A stretch of DNA of 64,000 nucleotides from Nitrososphaerales archaeon. GTDB lineage: Archaea; Thermoproteota; Nitrososphaeria; Nitrososphaerales; UBA213. The notes beneath the pieces are model-generated. The model was not told where the DNA came from. It did not search any database and saw only the letters and a list, made by a program, of their open reading frames with translations. The stretch's first letter is position 1. Every line of letters begins with the position of its first letter. Of this stretch, positions 1 to 10,673 are shown piece by piece. Location of the stretch: the NCBI GenBank assembly GCA_965197925.1, contig CBDAOC010000018.1, positions 239,346 through 303,345 on the forward strand. Direction: 5' to 3'. The position numbers and the translations under genes were made by a program.

Positions 1-57
1 ACGTTTAGTGCGAAGGTATTCCATTCGGGTAGGACGAACGTTTATGACTACTGGCAT
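1..57 (-). CDS. atpD: A-type ATP synthase subunit D, first 19 codons only (runs off the window start)
   Basis: Minus-strand ATG at 57, two nt after the atpB stop. MPVVINVRPTRMEYLRTKR resembles the A/V-ATPase D N-terminus and fits the A-B-D gene order. Confidence 0.6.
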   Translation of the reverse strand, partial: MPVVINVRPTRMEYLRTKR

Positions 58-59
58 AT

Positions 60-1472
60 CTAACCAATCCTACTTATTTCAGTAGGTTGTTCTCCCTTCT
101 GTCTATTTCTGTACTTGGCAATGAACTCAGGTCTGACACGCTTTATCTCTGATTCGGAGAGCTCATCCAGGACACTCCAACCCATATTAAGGGTCTGTTC
201 AATAGAACGATCCTCATCAAATGCTTGATTTACGAATTTACCCTCAAAGATAGAAGCGATTCTAAGGAACTTCCTATCGATCTCGCTAAGGGCCTCATCC
301 CCGACAATGGCAGATAGAGCTCTAGAGTCCTTGCCTTGAGCGTATGAAGAGTAGAGCTGGTCAGCTAGACCTCTGTGATCCTCCCTTGTCCGTCCCTCTC
401 CGATGCCCTGATTCATCAGACGAGAAAGGCTGGGTAGAACATCAATAGGGGGATAAATATCAGCCCTGTTCATATCTCTGCTCATGACCAATTGACCTTC
501 CGTGATATAACCAGTGAGATCTGGGATTGGATGTGTTATATCATCTACTGGCATTGTAAGGATCGGAATTTGAGTAATCGAGCCGTTTCTACCCCTTATT
601 CTGCCTGCCCGTTCATAAATGGTAGCCAAGTCTGTATACATATATCCTGGATATCCACGCCTTCCAGGCACTTCTTCACGTGCAGCAGAGATCTCCCGCA
701 GGGCTTCACAGTAATTGGTCATATCTGTTAGAATGACCAAGACATGCATTTCACGTTCATATGCAAGAAATTCTGCGGTTGTTAAGGCCATCCTTGGTGT
801 TAGAACCCTTTCCATGGAAGGATCTGAAGATAAGTTAAGGAATAGAACCGTTCTACGTAATGCACCTGTCTCCTCGAATTGTTTTAAGAAGTAATTTGCT
901 TCCTCACTAGTGATTCCCATTGCTGCAAAAACAATAGCAAAATTCTCGGAGATTCCCAGGACCTTAGCCTGCCTAGCAATCTGAGCTGCAAGAAGGTTAT
1001 GGGGAAGTCCTGAACCTGAGAAGATGGGAAGCTTTTGACCTCTTACCAATGTGTTCATAGCATCGATGCTGGAGATTCCAGTCTGAATGAACTCCGATGG
1101 CTCCTCCCTCGAGTATGGATTTATACCCGAGCTCACTAGATCCTGTTTTTCTTTGGCTATGATCTTGGGTCCACCATCCCTGGGATTGCCTAGACCATCA
1201 AATACCCTTCCTAGCATTTCATCAGAAACTGCCAGTTGAGCAGTCTCCCCTAGGAACCTGACCGAGGTCCCTGTAATACTCATTCCCAGAGTCAGACCAA
1301 AAACTTGTACTATAGCCAATCCTTCCCTAGAATCCAAAACCTGACCTTGGCGTCTTTCACCATTAGGAAGTTTTATCTCTACCATCTCACCATAAGCTGC
1401 GTCCTTTACTTCTCCAACAAAAACAAGGGGGCCTGAGATGTTAGATATTGTCTTGAAATCTAGAAATGGCAT
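60..1472 (-). CDS. atpB: A-type ATP synthase subunit B
   Basis: 470 aa. Typical regulatory-subunit sequence ([23 protein letters not shown]). Start overlaps the atpA stop. Confidence 0.97.
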   Translation of the reverse strand: MPFLDFKTISNISGPLVFVGEVKDAAYGEMVEIKLPNGERRQGQVLDSREGLAIVQVFGLTLGMSITGTSVRFLGETAQLAVSDEMLGRVFDGLGNPRDGGPKIIAKEKQDLVSSGINPYSREEPSEFIQTGISSIDAMNTLVRGQKLPIFSGSGLPHNLLAAQIARQAKVLGISENFAIVFAAMGITSEEANYFLKQFEETGALRRTVLFLNLSSDPSMERVLTPRMALTTAEFLAYEREMHVLVILTDMTNYCEALREISAAREEVPGRRGYPGYMYTDLATIYERAGRIRGRNGSITQIPILTMPVDDITHPIPDLTGYITEGQLVMSRDMNRADIYPPIDVLPSLSRLMNQGIGEGRTREDHRGLADQLYSSYAQGKDSRALSAIVGDEALSEIDRKFLRIASIFEGKFVNQAFDEDRSIEQTLNMGWSVLDELSESEIKRVRPEFIAKYRNRQKGEQPTEISRIG

Positions 1473-3268
1473 TACGTGGTCACCTTCTGTTGTAACTCCT
1501 TAAATTGATCTTCCATATCCAATCTGATCTGATTGGCTAGTGTTTTAACCTCTTCCTCTGGAGTCCACTTTATCTTTGATATCTGATTTTTCACATTTAG
1601 ATCACTAACCTGAGAGGCATGAGCACCCTGACTTATCACCTTCGTCTCCTTCTTACCAAACTCCAGAATTGCAGTGAGCATGGTATACTGCTTTTCAATG
1701 GATGTGTAAGTGTCTACTTCGTCATAGGCACTCTGTTGCAAATAGTCCTCCCTAAGGGAGCGGGCGGTATCTAGAATGCCCTTCTCAGGTTCTGGTAATG
1801 CATCATATCCTACAAGTTGTACAATCTCCTGAAGTTCCGATTCTCTCTGTAATATCTCCAATGCCTCCTTCCTTAGGTCTACCCAGTTCGCTGCAACATT
1901 CTTCGTAAACCATTCACCCAGATCCCTAACATAAAGTGAATAGCTATTAAGCCAATTAATCGAAGGAAAGTGTCTTCTAGATGCCAAAGCGGCATCAAGT
2001 GCCCAGAATACCCTAGTTACTCTCAGAGTGTTCTGTGAAACGGGTTCAGAGAAATCACCCCCAGGCGGCGAGACTGCACCTACCACAGTTATAGAGCCTA
2101 GCCTCATCTCCGGGGAATCAACAACAACTTTACCTCCTCTAGCATAAAATTCAGCCAACTTCCTTCCTAGATATGCTGGATATCCCTCCTCTCCAGGCAT
2201 CTCCTCTAACCTTCCAGAGATCTCTCTTAGGGCCTCAGCCCACCTAGACGTGCTGTCAGCCATCAGACTCACATCATATCCCATATCTCGATAGTATTCG
2301 GCCATTGTAATTCCTGTGTATATGCTAGCCTCACGGGCCGCGACGGGCATGTTAGAAGTATTGGCAATCAAAATAGTACGCTCCATCAAAGGACGTTTTG
2401 ACTTGGGATCTAGGAGCTCTGGAAATGTAGCGAGGACTTCAGCAATCTCATTCCCCCTCTCGCCACATCCTACGTACACAATCACCGAGCTGTCAGCCCA
2501 CTTTGCAAGCTGATGCTGAATCACTGTCTTTCCACTACCAAAAGGGCCTGGAATCGCCGCTATGCCACCCTTAGCGATTGGAAAGAATGTGTCAAGAGTG
2601 CGTTGTCCAGTGAGCAATGGAGCTTCAGGTGGGAGTTTTCGTAAAAACGGTCTAGGTGTACGAACACGCCATCGACTGGACAAACCTACTTCCTTCTTAC
2701 CTTTAGCTGTTTGGATTGTTGCTACAGTATCCTTCACCGTGTATTCTCCTTCCCTTATTTCCTCAAGTTCGCCCTTGACATCAAAGGGAACCATGATTCT
2801 ATGCTTAATCAGAGGAGTTTCCTGTACGTCACCTAAGATCTCTCCAGGGGAGACCTTGTCACCCTTTTTCGTAATTGGAACGAACTCCCATTTCTTCTCC
2901 TCGTTGAGAGCGGCCATTGAATGTCCTCTTCCGATAAAGTCGCCAGCTTGTTTTCTTAAGATATCGAGTGGTCTCTGGATGCCATCATAGATTGAAGTAA
3001 GGAGGCCAGGTCCTAGGTCTAGAGAGAGTGCTTGCTTGGTATTGATAACTTTGTCTCCAGGTCTCAGACCTGTAGTATCCTCGTAGACTTGAATACTTGC
3101 TTTACTGCCATCCAATCGGATTATCTCGCCAACAAGGCCTAGTTCACCGAGATTCACCACATCATACATCTGGGCTCCCTCTAGCCCACTTGCGATGACT
3201 ACAGGACCAGAGACTCTGTTTACTATTGAATTAACTATTTCATTCACCTGTTCTAATATCGACTCCAA
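1472..3268 (-). CDS. atpA: A-type ATP synthase catalytic subunit A
   Basis: 598 aa. Walker [19 protein letters not shown] and the non-homologous insert typical of A/V-type A subunits. Confidence 0.97.
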   Translation of the reverse strand: MESILEQVNEIVNSIVNRVSGPVVIASGLEGAQMYDVVNLGELGLVGEIIRLDGSKASIQVYEDTTGLRPGDKVINTKQALSLDLGPGLLTSIYDGIQRPLDILRKQAGDFIGRGHSMAALNEEKKWEFVPITKKGDKVSPGEILGDVQETPLIKHRIMVPFDVKGELEEIREGEYTVKDTVATIQTAKGKKEVGLSSRWRVRTPRPFLRKLPPEAPLLTGQRTLDTFFPIAKGGIAAIPGPFGSGKTVIQHQLAKWADSSVIVYVGCGERGNEIAEVLATFPELLDPKSKRPLMERTILIANTSNMPVAAREASIYTGITMAEYYRDMGYDVSLMADSTSRWAEALREISGRLEEMPGEEGYPAYLGRKLAEFYARGGKVVVDSPEMRLGSITVVGAVSPPGGDFSEPVSQNTLRVTRVFWALDAALASRRHFPSINWLNSYSLYVRDLGEWFTKNVAANWVDLRKEALEILQRESELQEIVQLVGYDALPEPEKGILDTARSLREDYLQQSAYDEVDTYTSIEKQYTMLTAILEFGKKETKVISQGAHASQVSDLNVKNQISKIKWTPEEEVKTLANQIRLDMEDQFKELQQKVTT

Positions 3269-3596
3269 GAATCCGCCTCGCCAGATCCGCTATTGATTCT
3301 TCCTTGACACCTTCCCCAAGGGACGGCATGAACATAACGAGGGGCTTCAGTGATCCCTCGACCTTTGTCCTAAAGGCCGGGGAAAGTAGATCACGTACGG
3401 ACTGGCTCACCACCATAAAACCGAATTCGTTTGAATAAAAAAGTCGCTGCATTACCTTAACAGCTTCTTCTCCGGTAACAACAAACGTAGAATCAATCCC
3501 TAAAAGGCGATAACCTGTCACCAGCTCTTGGTCACCCACGATAGCTATCTTTACACTTTCAACGTTTTTTTGTTTTGTAGCCATTTTCTCACCCAA
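3240..3596 (-). CDS. atpF: A-type ATP synthase subunit F
   Basis: 118 aa, [19 protein letters not shown] motif, sits between atpC and atpA. The true start may be the internal MATKQ. Confidence 0.85.
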   Translation of the reverse strand: MGEKMATKQKNVESVKIAIVGDQELVTGYRLLGIDSTFVVTGEEAVKVMQRLFYSNEFGFMVVSQSVRDLLSPAFRTKVEGSLKPLVMFMPSLGEGVKEESIADLARRILGVDIRTGE

Positions 3597-4656
3597 ATAT
3601 TAGCATAGATCTTATCCGTTCCGTCGAAAGATTATAATGCTTTCCATAGACAATTTTGCGTAAATTTGCCCGCTCAAGCTCCGCACGTATTATGAAGTAA
3701 AATATTATTCCAATAGAAAGTGGTACATTCTTCAGTCTTTTGAATTGCCTCTCATTTATGACTTTGTCAATAGCAACCTCAAAGTCGATCAAACTCTTGG
3801 TTTTGTTGTACTCCTCTAATCCTTCCCCAAACTTGTAATAGGGTTCAATCCTTCCCACAAGTTCGTCCACATTCTTGGCCGTGTAAATTTCTCCCAATTC
3901 CTGGGTCGAAATGGTTCCTCCTTCTATGAAGTGTTGATTGATTACTTTCATGTCTATACCGCTTTCTTTTGCTTTCGAAAGGTTGAGAATATTTCTTCTG
4001 TCTATCTGAGCCTTAATCAGCTCTCTGATTACACCCTCATCGCCTTGGAAGAATTTGAGACCCTCAAGAAGTGAGGAATAGTAGAATCTTTGTAATGCCA
4101 CCATCATCGGACCAAGATCCTCTGTTTTTTTATATTTCTCCAAGTGCTGCATCAATACCGTCCCATAGCCATACCGAATCAATTGATTTACAACGTCTTC
4201 TACATTTGTTTGAGACAGCAGGATCATTATATCGTCATGAACAATATTTCCTCCTTCAACTCCAGCAGGCACCTTCCTACTGGACACCAAAAAATGTTCT
4301 GTCTCTGTTATGGTTTTACCCAGTATCTTTGATGATAGAATTAGCTCAATATTTAGAATATCCCACTTTGCCAAGTAGGCCCTAATTGCAGACTTTCCAT
4401 TAAATGGTGAAGACCCCATGGCCGTCGTGTTAACTCCAACTAGATGACGATTCAGGGCTATCTCAATAAGATCCAATGGTTTGTAAAGTGATGCAGCACG
4501 CTCAATTTCGTGCCCGTACCATGTGGATGCCAACTGTTTGATGATCTCCCCAACATCTCTAGCTCGAAGTAAATCCATCATGTACTCCTCAGGGAGGAAG
4601 TTTAGGGATAGAGCTTGCAATCTACCAAATGAAGCTGAGTATGAAGAGGAAGGCAT
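3589..4656 (-). CDS. atpC: A-type ATP synthase subunit C
   Basis: 355 aa helical protein in the conserved E-C-F position of the operon. Confidence 0.85.
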   Translation of the reverse strand: MPSSSYSASFGRLQALSLNFLPEEYMMDLLRARDVGEIIKQLASTWYGHEIERAASLYKPLDLIEIALNRHLVGVNTTAMGSSPFNGKSAIRAYLAKWDILNIELILSSKILGKTITETEHFLVSSRKVPAGVEGGNIVHDDIMILLSQTNVEDVVNQLIRYGYGTVLMQHLEKYKKTEDLGPMMVALQRFYYSSLLEGLKFFQGDEGVIRELIKAQIDRRNILNLSKAKESGIDMKVINQHFIEGGTISTQELGEIYTAKNVDELVGRIEPYYKFGEGLEEYNKTKSLIDFEVAIDKVINERQFKRLKNVPLSIGIIFYFIIRAELERANLRKIVYGKHYNLSTERIRSMLIFG

Positions 4657-4658
4657 TA

Positions 4659-5216
4659 CTATCCTTTGCCTACAAGGACACCGTAAATATCATCTTCATG
4701 TATACGCAGAAGTTCATCAAAGGTAAAATCAAACTGCATTGTACCGTCATGATTCTCCACCATTATTCCTCCCAGGATTTGAATGGAATTGTCACTTGCC
4801 GTCATCCCAATATCCTTCAAAATGCCGCGATCCTCTTCTCTACACCAAATTTGAATATCCTCGCCAAGCCTAGTCTTTGAAATTTTGATCATTTCTTCTA
4901 AAATCCCCTTATACTTTGAATTCTTTGAATAGTTCTTAAGCTCCTGTCTTATCAAATCCAACGCTAAATTGAAGTTTGCATTCATAGCCTCGAATACTAA
5001 CCGCTTTGCCTGCAAATGTGTTGCTTCGATGATGCTGGTCGTCTCTCTTTCCGTTCTTAACTTAGTCTCTCTTTCATAACGTCCCCTAAGATCCTTAATC
5101 CCTTCATCTTTCTCTTCTAGCAAAGTTTCTTGCTTTTCAGTCAGTTCGGCATCTAAGGCTTCCAACTCCCTCTTCTTCCGATTCCTTATCTCTACAAGGA
5201 AATTATCGGCACTCAA
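4659..5216 (-). CDS. atpE: A-type ATP synthase subunit E
   Basis: 185 aa, charged coiled-coil N-terminal half, operon position between K and C. Confidence 0.8.
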   Translation of the reverse strand: MSADNFLVEIRNRKKRELEALDAELTEKQETLLEEKDEGIKDLRGRYERETKLRTERETTSIIEATHLQAKRLVFEAMNANFNLALDLIRQELKNYSKNSKYKGILEEMIKISKTRLGEDIQIWCREEDRGILKDIGMTASDNSIQILGGIMVENHDGTMQFDFTFDELLRIHEDDIYGVLVGKG

Positions 5217-5227
5217 TAAAAATCACC

Positions 5228-5458
5228 TTATAGAATATCAAGCAACAAGATTATTCCAAGTACGAAACCTATAATCCAAAGAGTTTCTGGAATCACGAAG
5301 AAAAATAGGACTTGACCAAATTTTTCAGGTTTCTCCGCAATTATACCCATACCTGCGGCACCAATACCTTGCTGGGCGTTTCCTGTACCTATCAACCCTC
5401 CTGCTATCGCAATAGCCGCTGCAATTGCTAATTGTGGGTCTGCCATTTTTATTGTCAC
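5228..5458 (-). CDS. atpK: A-type ATP synthase proteolipid subunit K (c)
   Basis: 76 aa two-helix hairpin, Gly/Ala-rich helix 1, conserved PET in helix 2. First gene of the operon. Confidence 0.85.
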   Translation of the reverse strand: MTIKMADPQLAIAAAIAIAGGLIGTGNAQQGIGAAGMGIIAEKPEKFGQVLFFFVIPETLWIIGFVLGIILLLDIL

Positions 5459-5484
5459 TCGGTTGTCATATATTAATTTTTAGT

Positions 5485-5513
5485 AGATGTAAGATGTTAA
5501 TATAAGATGTTAA
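5485..5513 (-). promoter_or_regulatory. Repeated motif in the atp operon upstream region
   Basis: aagatgttaa at 5491-5500 and again at 5504-5513, plus agatgt at 5485-5490. Lies 30-55 nt upstream of the atpK ATG, next to an AT-rich TATA-like stretch (5466-5483). Confidence 0.3.
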
Positions 5514-5575
5514 ATTGCATTTTCTAATTTGAATGGATCAAATAAAATTCCACTCACTTGTTCCATAAAAATTGA

Positions 5576-5833
5576 TCAAGTTTTTCCGATTTCCTTTTGT
5601 ATCTTTAATATCGGACTACAGCGTGGACATAATTTATGAAGCTCTCCTAATTCTATTTCATCGATTAAACTTAAAATTGATGGAACATTGAGATCAGTCT
5701 TTAATGCAATAATCCCAATTGGTGTACCCGATGAATAAAGATTCCTAACTTTTTCCTTTCTATATTTTATAAGCTCATCATCCTTTAACAATATATCAAG
5801 ATGGTCGGCGATCATTATAAGGGTAGTATACAA
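5576..5833 (-). CDS. Hypothetical small protein
   Basis: 85-aa ORF upstream of atpK with a CPRC motif near the C-terminus. No family recognised. Confidence 0.3.
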   Translation of the reverse strand: MYTTLIMIADHLDILLKDDELIKYRKEKVRNLYSSGTPIGIIALKTDLNVPSILSLIDEIELGELHKLCPRCSPILKIQKEIGKT

Positions 5834-6280
5834 TTCTCATGGATGATTATCAATTGTGACAATAACTTTCTATTGTTGTACTTGAATTGATATGTACCTC
5901 TCAGCTTCATAACCTCTTGTGTCAGAAAGAAGTTGCTATCCGATTCAACTTTCAGTTAAAGTTCTAAAAAGGTAAGCTAGCATATCTTCCTTAATTAGAA
6001 CATAAATGTAAAGAATATGGGATGAAAAGCAAAGCCAGCGGTGCTCTAACAATAGCAAATTTTTTCTTATCATTACTTTCAATCTATTCTAGTAGAAATG
6101 GCTATTGATGAATCGGTGTTTATAGTCCAAGTAATTCCTTGTATAACAATTAACGGTAAAGGTTGTAAATCAAATATCTTGGGGACTAACTTATATTATT
6201 GAAAATAATAATGAAATTATCCAGTGAACAGTTTTCCTCAAGGAATTATCTCCATATATATACCTCAATTTATTAGTTAG

Positions 6281-6544
6281 ATGTCAAGCAATATTGTTAC
6301 GATGGAATTAAAATGCCCTCGATGCTCATCCAACAAACAACGTACCATGTCTTCTTATTTTGCTATATGTTATGATTGTGGCAAGTGGTATTTGACAATT
6401 ACTAGGAGAATATTCTCTAGGCCCGAATTCGTGAATACCCAGCAGAGGAAGTTTTACATGATAACGAGGATGATCAAGATTGCCAATGTTGCAGTTGCTG
6501 CTATTGTGATGTTGATTATATTAGGAATTTTCATAGGAGATTAA
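6281..6544 (+). CDS. Hypothetical zinc-ribbon protein with C-terminal transmembrane helix
   Basis: CPRC...CYDC pairs followed by a hydrophobic tail (IANVAVAAIVMLIILGIFI). Confidence 0.35.
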   Translation: MSSNIVTMELKCPRCSSNKQRTMSSYFAICYDCGKWYLTITRRIFSRPEFVNTQQRKFYMITRMIKIANVAVAAIVMLIILGIFIGD

Positions 6545-7155
6545 CTGATTTCTTTTTCCTCCAAATTACACTAGAATCCATTTAGTAACCTTTACTAGTG
6601 CCATGTAGCAGTCTGGTAGACTTCAATATCCTATCTATCTTCCTGAAGAAGGTGTTTTGATCTTTCTGAAGCTCCTGATGTGCTCATAAAATTCTACTGG
6701 CCTTGGTATTTGAAATATCGAATCTTTGAAATAGGTTATGGATTTTTTACCAATACTTACAGCAGGATACCTAATGATAGGATATTCCAGACCTCTTGGA
6801 TAAATGCTCTTGTACATTCTTGACAAGGTTGATAATAATTGATTAACAATAAATTTATTTGTACAAAACAATTTCCTCATTTTCTACCAGTTGTAATATA
6901 AAAAATAATTTAACTTTACCAAGAATGTTGTGACCTAAGCTTTTACTCCAAATGAATTCGTAGTGTTCACAAGCTAACGGATTATGCATTGAACATGCTG
7001 GCAGTAATTCTTTGCTATTTATAGTCTATACAACTGATGATCATCAATTACTCGATTTCCAATACCGTACAACTATCTTCGATACTAAATGGATGGATTA
7101 TTTTTATGACCAAAATAGCAATAAATATTAGTAAGCATCCAGCAAGGAGCTAAAA

Positions 7156-8070
7156 TTGATTGATTTTGGAGATTTGGTGTTAGATTTCATTCTAAGTTTT
7201 CATCCATTGCTGACCGCCATAGATTTCGAGTCATTAACTGCAGATCCTATTTTTCTAGGTATGCTCATAGGTTTAGGCTTCGTGGTTGGTACGGCAGTTG
7301 GAGCATCAGGTATAGGGGGCGCCGCATTGCTACTTCCCTCGCTTTTATTCATTGGCTTACCACCTACGGCTGTTGTTGGAATTGACTTGGCATTTAACTT
7401 CTTCGCCAAATCCTTCGGCACTGCACTTCATTGGAAGAAGCATAACATTAGTTGGCGTGGCCTTTTCTATACTGCGATAGTGGCGGTTCCAGCAATGGTA
7501 GGAGCAAAATTTCTTTGGGACTACATTAAAGAAAGTTATGGTAGTGAATCACTAAATCTTGTTATCCTAATTTTGATACCAACCATCTTATTTTCAATTG
7601 GAGTGTATATGGTATGGGCTCATGTAATTCCAAGGAAAGTTAAGGAAAACCTAGCGGGGGGAGAATTGGCAACATCTTTGAAGACGAAATTTTCCAAAGG
7701 TGACAAGTCTACCCTTATGGGTGTTGGTGGGGTAGTGAGTTTCATCATGCAAATTACATCTGTTGGAGCGGGCACAATTCTGGTGCCAGTCCTGCTGAAG
7801 GTAATACGTTCCCCCAAGCATGTTGCAGGAACCTCCATACTTTTCGGAGTAATTTCAACCGCTATAGGAGCAACTCTGCACGGTGTATCTGGTAATGTTC
7901 TATGGCACTTAGTTGTAGTACTGCTGATCGGTGCAATTCCAGGGGTATTACTTGGTGTAAGAATAGCGTCAACCATCTCTCCACAAAAGCTAAAAATTAT
8001 ATTCACCGTCATAATATTTGCGGCCGCATCGCTGATATTGAGTAAGCTTTTTGAACACTTAGCTACTTGA
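7156..8070 (+). CDS. TauE/SafE-family (sulfite exporter-like, DUF81) membrane protein
   Basis: 304 aa, multiple TM helices, Gly-rich GASGIGGAALLLP and GVGGVVSF motifs typical of TauE/SafE. The TGA stop (8068-8070) is supplied by the first nt of the adjacent IS. Confidence 0.8.
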   Translation: MIDFGDLVLDFILSFHPLLTAIDFESLTADPIFLGMLIGLGFVVGTAVGASGIGGAALLLPSLLFIGLPPTAVVGIDLAFNFFAKSFGTALHWKKHNISWRGLFYTAIVAVPAMVGAKFLWDYIKESYGSESLNLVILILIPTILFSIGVYMVWAHVIPRKVKENLAGGELATSLKTKFSKGDKSTLMGVGGVVSFIMQITSVGAGTILVPVLLKVIRSPKHVAGTSILFGVISTAIGATLHGVSGNVLWHLVVVLLIGAIPGVLLGVRIASTISPQKLKIIFTVIIFAAASLILSKLFEHLAT

Positions 8071-9161
8071 GGCTTGGGCATAATTAAGCCGGTCGAAACG
8101 ATAAGATCAGGTTCCATTTTTCATTGGTAATGTGTTTAGCTCAGACTCGATACTTCTTCGTATATTATTTTTGATTGACGTGATTCGGACAAAACCTAAT
8201 AGGAAAAGAGGTAGACCATTCTACTATTCTCCTACAGTTATGGTGAGATGCTTCATCGTTAGAGTATGGATAAGAATACCAAGCAACAATGTGTTACATC
8301 AATACTTTTCGATAGACATGCCATACAACAGGAAGGTAATGAAGGCATGTGGTCTTGATAGGTTGCCAGACAGAAGAACATTCGACAGAAGGTCAAGGCT
8401 ATATCAATTGACATAAGATCAAGGATAGATGTTATGGGTATGCTCTTCATAAAAGATGGGTTGGTAGACCCAGCCATAATATCCGTTGATAGTTCCTTGT
8501 TGAAGGCAAAAGGACACGTATGGCACAAATCAAACATGAAGAACGAAGTACCACGCTCCGGTATAGATACAGATGCTCGATGGGGATTCAGCAGAACCAA
8601 GGGATGGATATTCGGATACAAGATGCATCTAGCATGTAGTACTGGTTCGTTGATAGTTCCATTATCAGCTGATTTCACAACAGCTAACATTACTGACAAC
8701 AGGATGTATGAAAGCATAACATCTTCATTGCCTTTAGGAATGGTGAGGTATGTTGTAGGAGATGAAGGATATGATGATCACAAGTTATGTGATTTCAGCA
8801 GGTATAGAGGGCATCCAGTATTCCCATTGGAAAGGTACAAGCATACTACAGATAATAATAGACTGGCATTGCTGCAGTTCTATCAATCGGAATTTGGGCA
8901 GCATGTATATTCTCGGAGGAGCATAAGCGTTGAGCCATTGATAGAGCAGATAAAGGATGTATTTGATATAGACCCACTACCTGTTAGAGGATTTGATAAA
9001 GCTAGGAGCATCGTTCTGATTTCTATATTGCTATACCAGCTGATGGTATACTACAACTACTTGACAGGAAGACCATTAAGGGCATTGAAGCACATGTTGG
9101 GAAGTTAATCAATCAGAGGCATCAAGTTATTTTTGTTATATGAAATTATGTCCATGCCTCA
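8068..9161 (+). mobile_element. IS-A copy 1 (IS4/IS5-superfamily DDE transposase element), the least damaged copy
   Basis: Imperfect terminal inverted repeats tgaggcttgggc...gtccatgcctca. Four homologous copies in the window. No matching flanking direct repeat. Confidence 0.85.
8132..9108 (+). CDS. IS-A transposase, split into 8132..8416 and 8434..9108 by a 1-nt frameshift
   Basis: DDE-type sequence (SVDSS, VVGDEGYDD, SVEPLIE). Copy 2 reads through the same point (aggttcaagg versus aggtcaagg). Confidence 0.7.
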
Positions 9162-9269
9162 ACTATCTAACGTTCTAGTCGTTATCTGTGCCAACCTTGC
9201 TAAAGAAAGCCCTAAGGATAGACCAGAATCAAGAGCCATTTTTGATAGTAAGACGGGTAAATCTATCAA

Positions 9270-9757
9270 ATGGGATTCATCCCTATTGCTCATTGCTTCT
9301 TGTATGGTAATGTTGTTGATAAATATTTGCTTGATTTAATACAATACAATGGTAAATTTAGCAGCAAGCAACTTGCGTTCATAAATAAATATGAGGTATG
9401 CCGCAACGCGACCGTTGGCAATGGTAAGCCACATGTAGTGCCAATGTGCTATATCTTGATAAACGATTTGTTTTACCTTGCTACAGATTATGGTATAAAA
9501 AAATACAAGAATTTGCTCAAGAATAGGAATGTTGCACTTGTTATGATGTTTATCAACCAAATATGGCAGTTGCTGTTGAAGGTCAGGCAGAAATAGTTGA
9601 GAAAGGGAAAGAGTTCAAAGAAATTTATGATAACTTTTATGAAAAATTTGGCTGGGTCAGAGATTCACCATGGAGAGAGATTGGAGAATCAATTATCAAG
9701 GTGATTCCAGGGAGGAAGATCAGTTGGGGACTGACTAATTTGGCAGCTAGATTGTAG
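9270..9757 (+). pseudogene. Pyridoxamine 5'-phosphate oxidase-like (FMN/F420 split-barrel) protein, frameshifted
   Basis: ORFs 9270..9596 and 9563..9757 are two halves of one PPOX-like protein (CRNATVGNGKPHVVPM..., ...AVAVEGQAEIVEKGKEF). The frame changes near 9538-9548, consistent with 1 nt missing in a T run. Confidence 0.6.
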
Positions 9758-10178
9758 GAGAAATTAAGAAATTTTATTTCCTATATCACTAAATCCTCTG
9801 GTGTCAATGAAAACAAATATGGGCCTGTCTGCATATCCATTCACAACTTACTTCAGTACATCTATAAACCAGAGTTGTTGAACAATTTCAATTTCGTAAT
9901 ACATTGTTCTCCGATTACAAGCGTCTAGAGACAGTTATAGATGATTTGTTGGAACATAATATAATACAATATTCTTTGATGTATGGATATCAAAAGACGT
10001 CTTCTAAACTAAATATTGTTTGCAATGGAAAAGATTGTAATCGAAAAAGAATGTTATTCTAATGGGAAGGAACCCTGCTAAGTTATAGCATAGCATCACA
10101 TTCATGAATTTAGAAAACATTTAAAATCTAACAGCATTGAAATAATTACTAGAACGAATTATCACATTATAAAGCAGA

Positions 10179-10574
10179 TCACTTTCTTATGATAACTTTT
10201 GTACTATTATCAATCTTTTCTGCCAAGTTCTCACCGCCAATAATTCTTCCAATCACGTTTACTGGAGAATAAGCTTTTATTTTATTGCCACTACTTATCG
10301 GTGTTGGACCAAAGAACAAACACAAAGCCCTCCCCTGTGGCCAGTATGCAACATCCATCAAATCCACACCGGATTTTGCATTCTCCGTTCCTACATCGAC
10401 TGGCATTGGCTCTGTATACAATTCTTCACCCCATCGGTTAATGATGACCTCAATAGGCAATTTTTCCAAAATTGCCTTTACGGTCCTTGATGCTTTCTCT
10501 TCGTATAATTCAATACTAACCTTATCTTTGAGGTCAGAAAATCTACAATAATATGTGTGTACATGTATCACCAC
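10179..10574 (-). CDS. Cyclophilin-like superfamily protein (TM1367/DUF369-like)
   Basis: 131 aa. AYWPQGRALCLFFGPTP...PVNVIGRI resembles the cyclophilin-like fold family. Confidence 0.55.
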   Translation of the reverse strand: MVIHVHTYYCRFSDLKDKVSIELYEEKASRTVKAILEKLPIEVIINRWGEELYTEPMPVDVGTENAKSGVDLMDVAYWPQGRALCLFFGPTPISSGNKIKAYSPVNVIGRIIGGENLAEKIDNSTKVIIRK

Positions 10575-10673
10575 CCCATTTAGTATAAGAGATTTGCGTT
10601 AATTATTCTAGGTTTACTTGAGCTTGTTTTCACCCAAAAGAAATAATATAATCACATTGGAAGAATAACATTT

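Noticed and set aside
2562-2990. Long ORFs antisense to atpA and other strong genes (for example 2316..2513, 2562..2990, 4071..4385, 7620..8117, 11678..12109, 36353..36712, 39376..39891, 55536..55928)
   Set aside because: These are shadow ORFs opposite well-supported genes, with low-complexity translations and no recognisable motifs.
5576-5833. The 85-aa ORF upstream of atpK as an ATP synthase subunit (H or I)
   Set aside because: It is too short for subunit I and lacks membrane helices. It has no resemblance to the charged helical subunit H. Kept as hypothetical.
8259-8717. Antisense ORFs inside IS copies that recur with near-identical translations (8259..8717, 16524..16838, 32202..32543, 58966..59427; also 27948..28411 and 50354..50817)
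   Set aside because: Their conservation is only a consequence of the IS being repeated. They lie opposite the transposase frames and look like non-coding translations.
9133-9339. 68-aa ORF following IS-A copy 1
   Set aside because: It starts inside the IS terminal repeat and overlaps the upstream region of the PPOX-like gene. It has no motifs.
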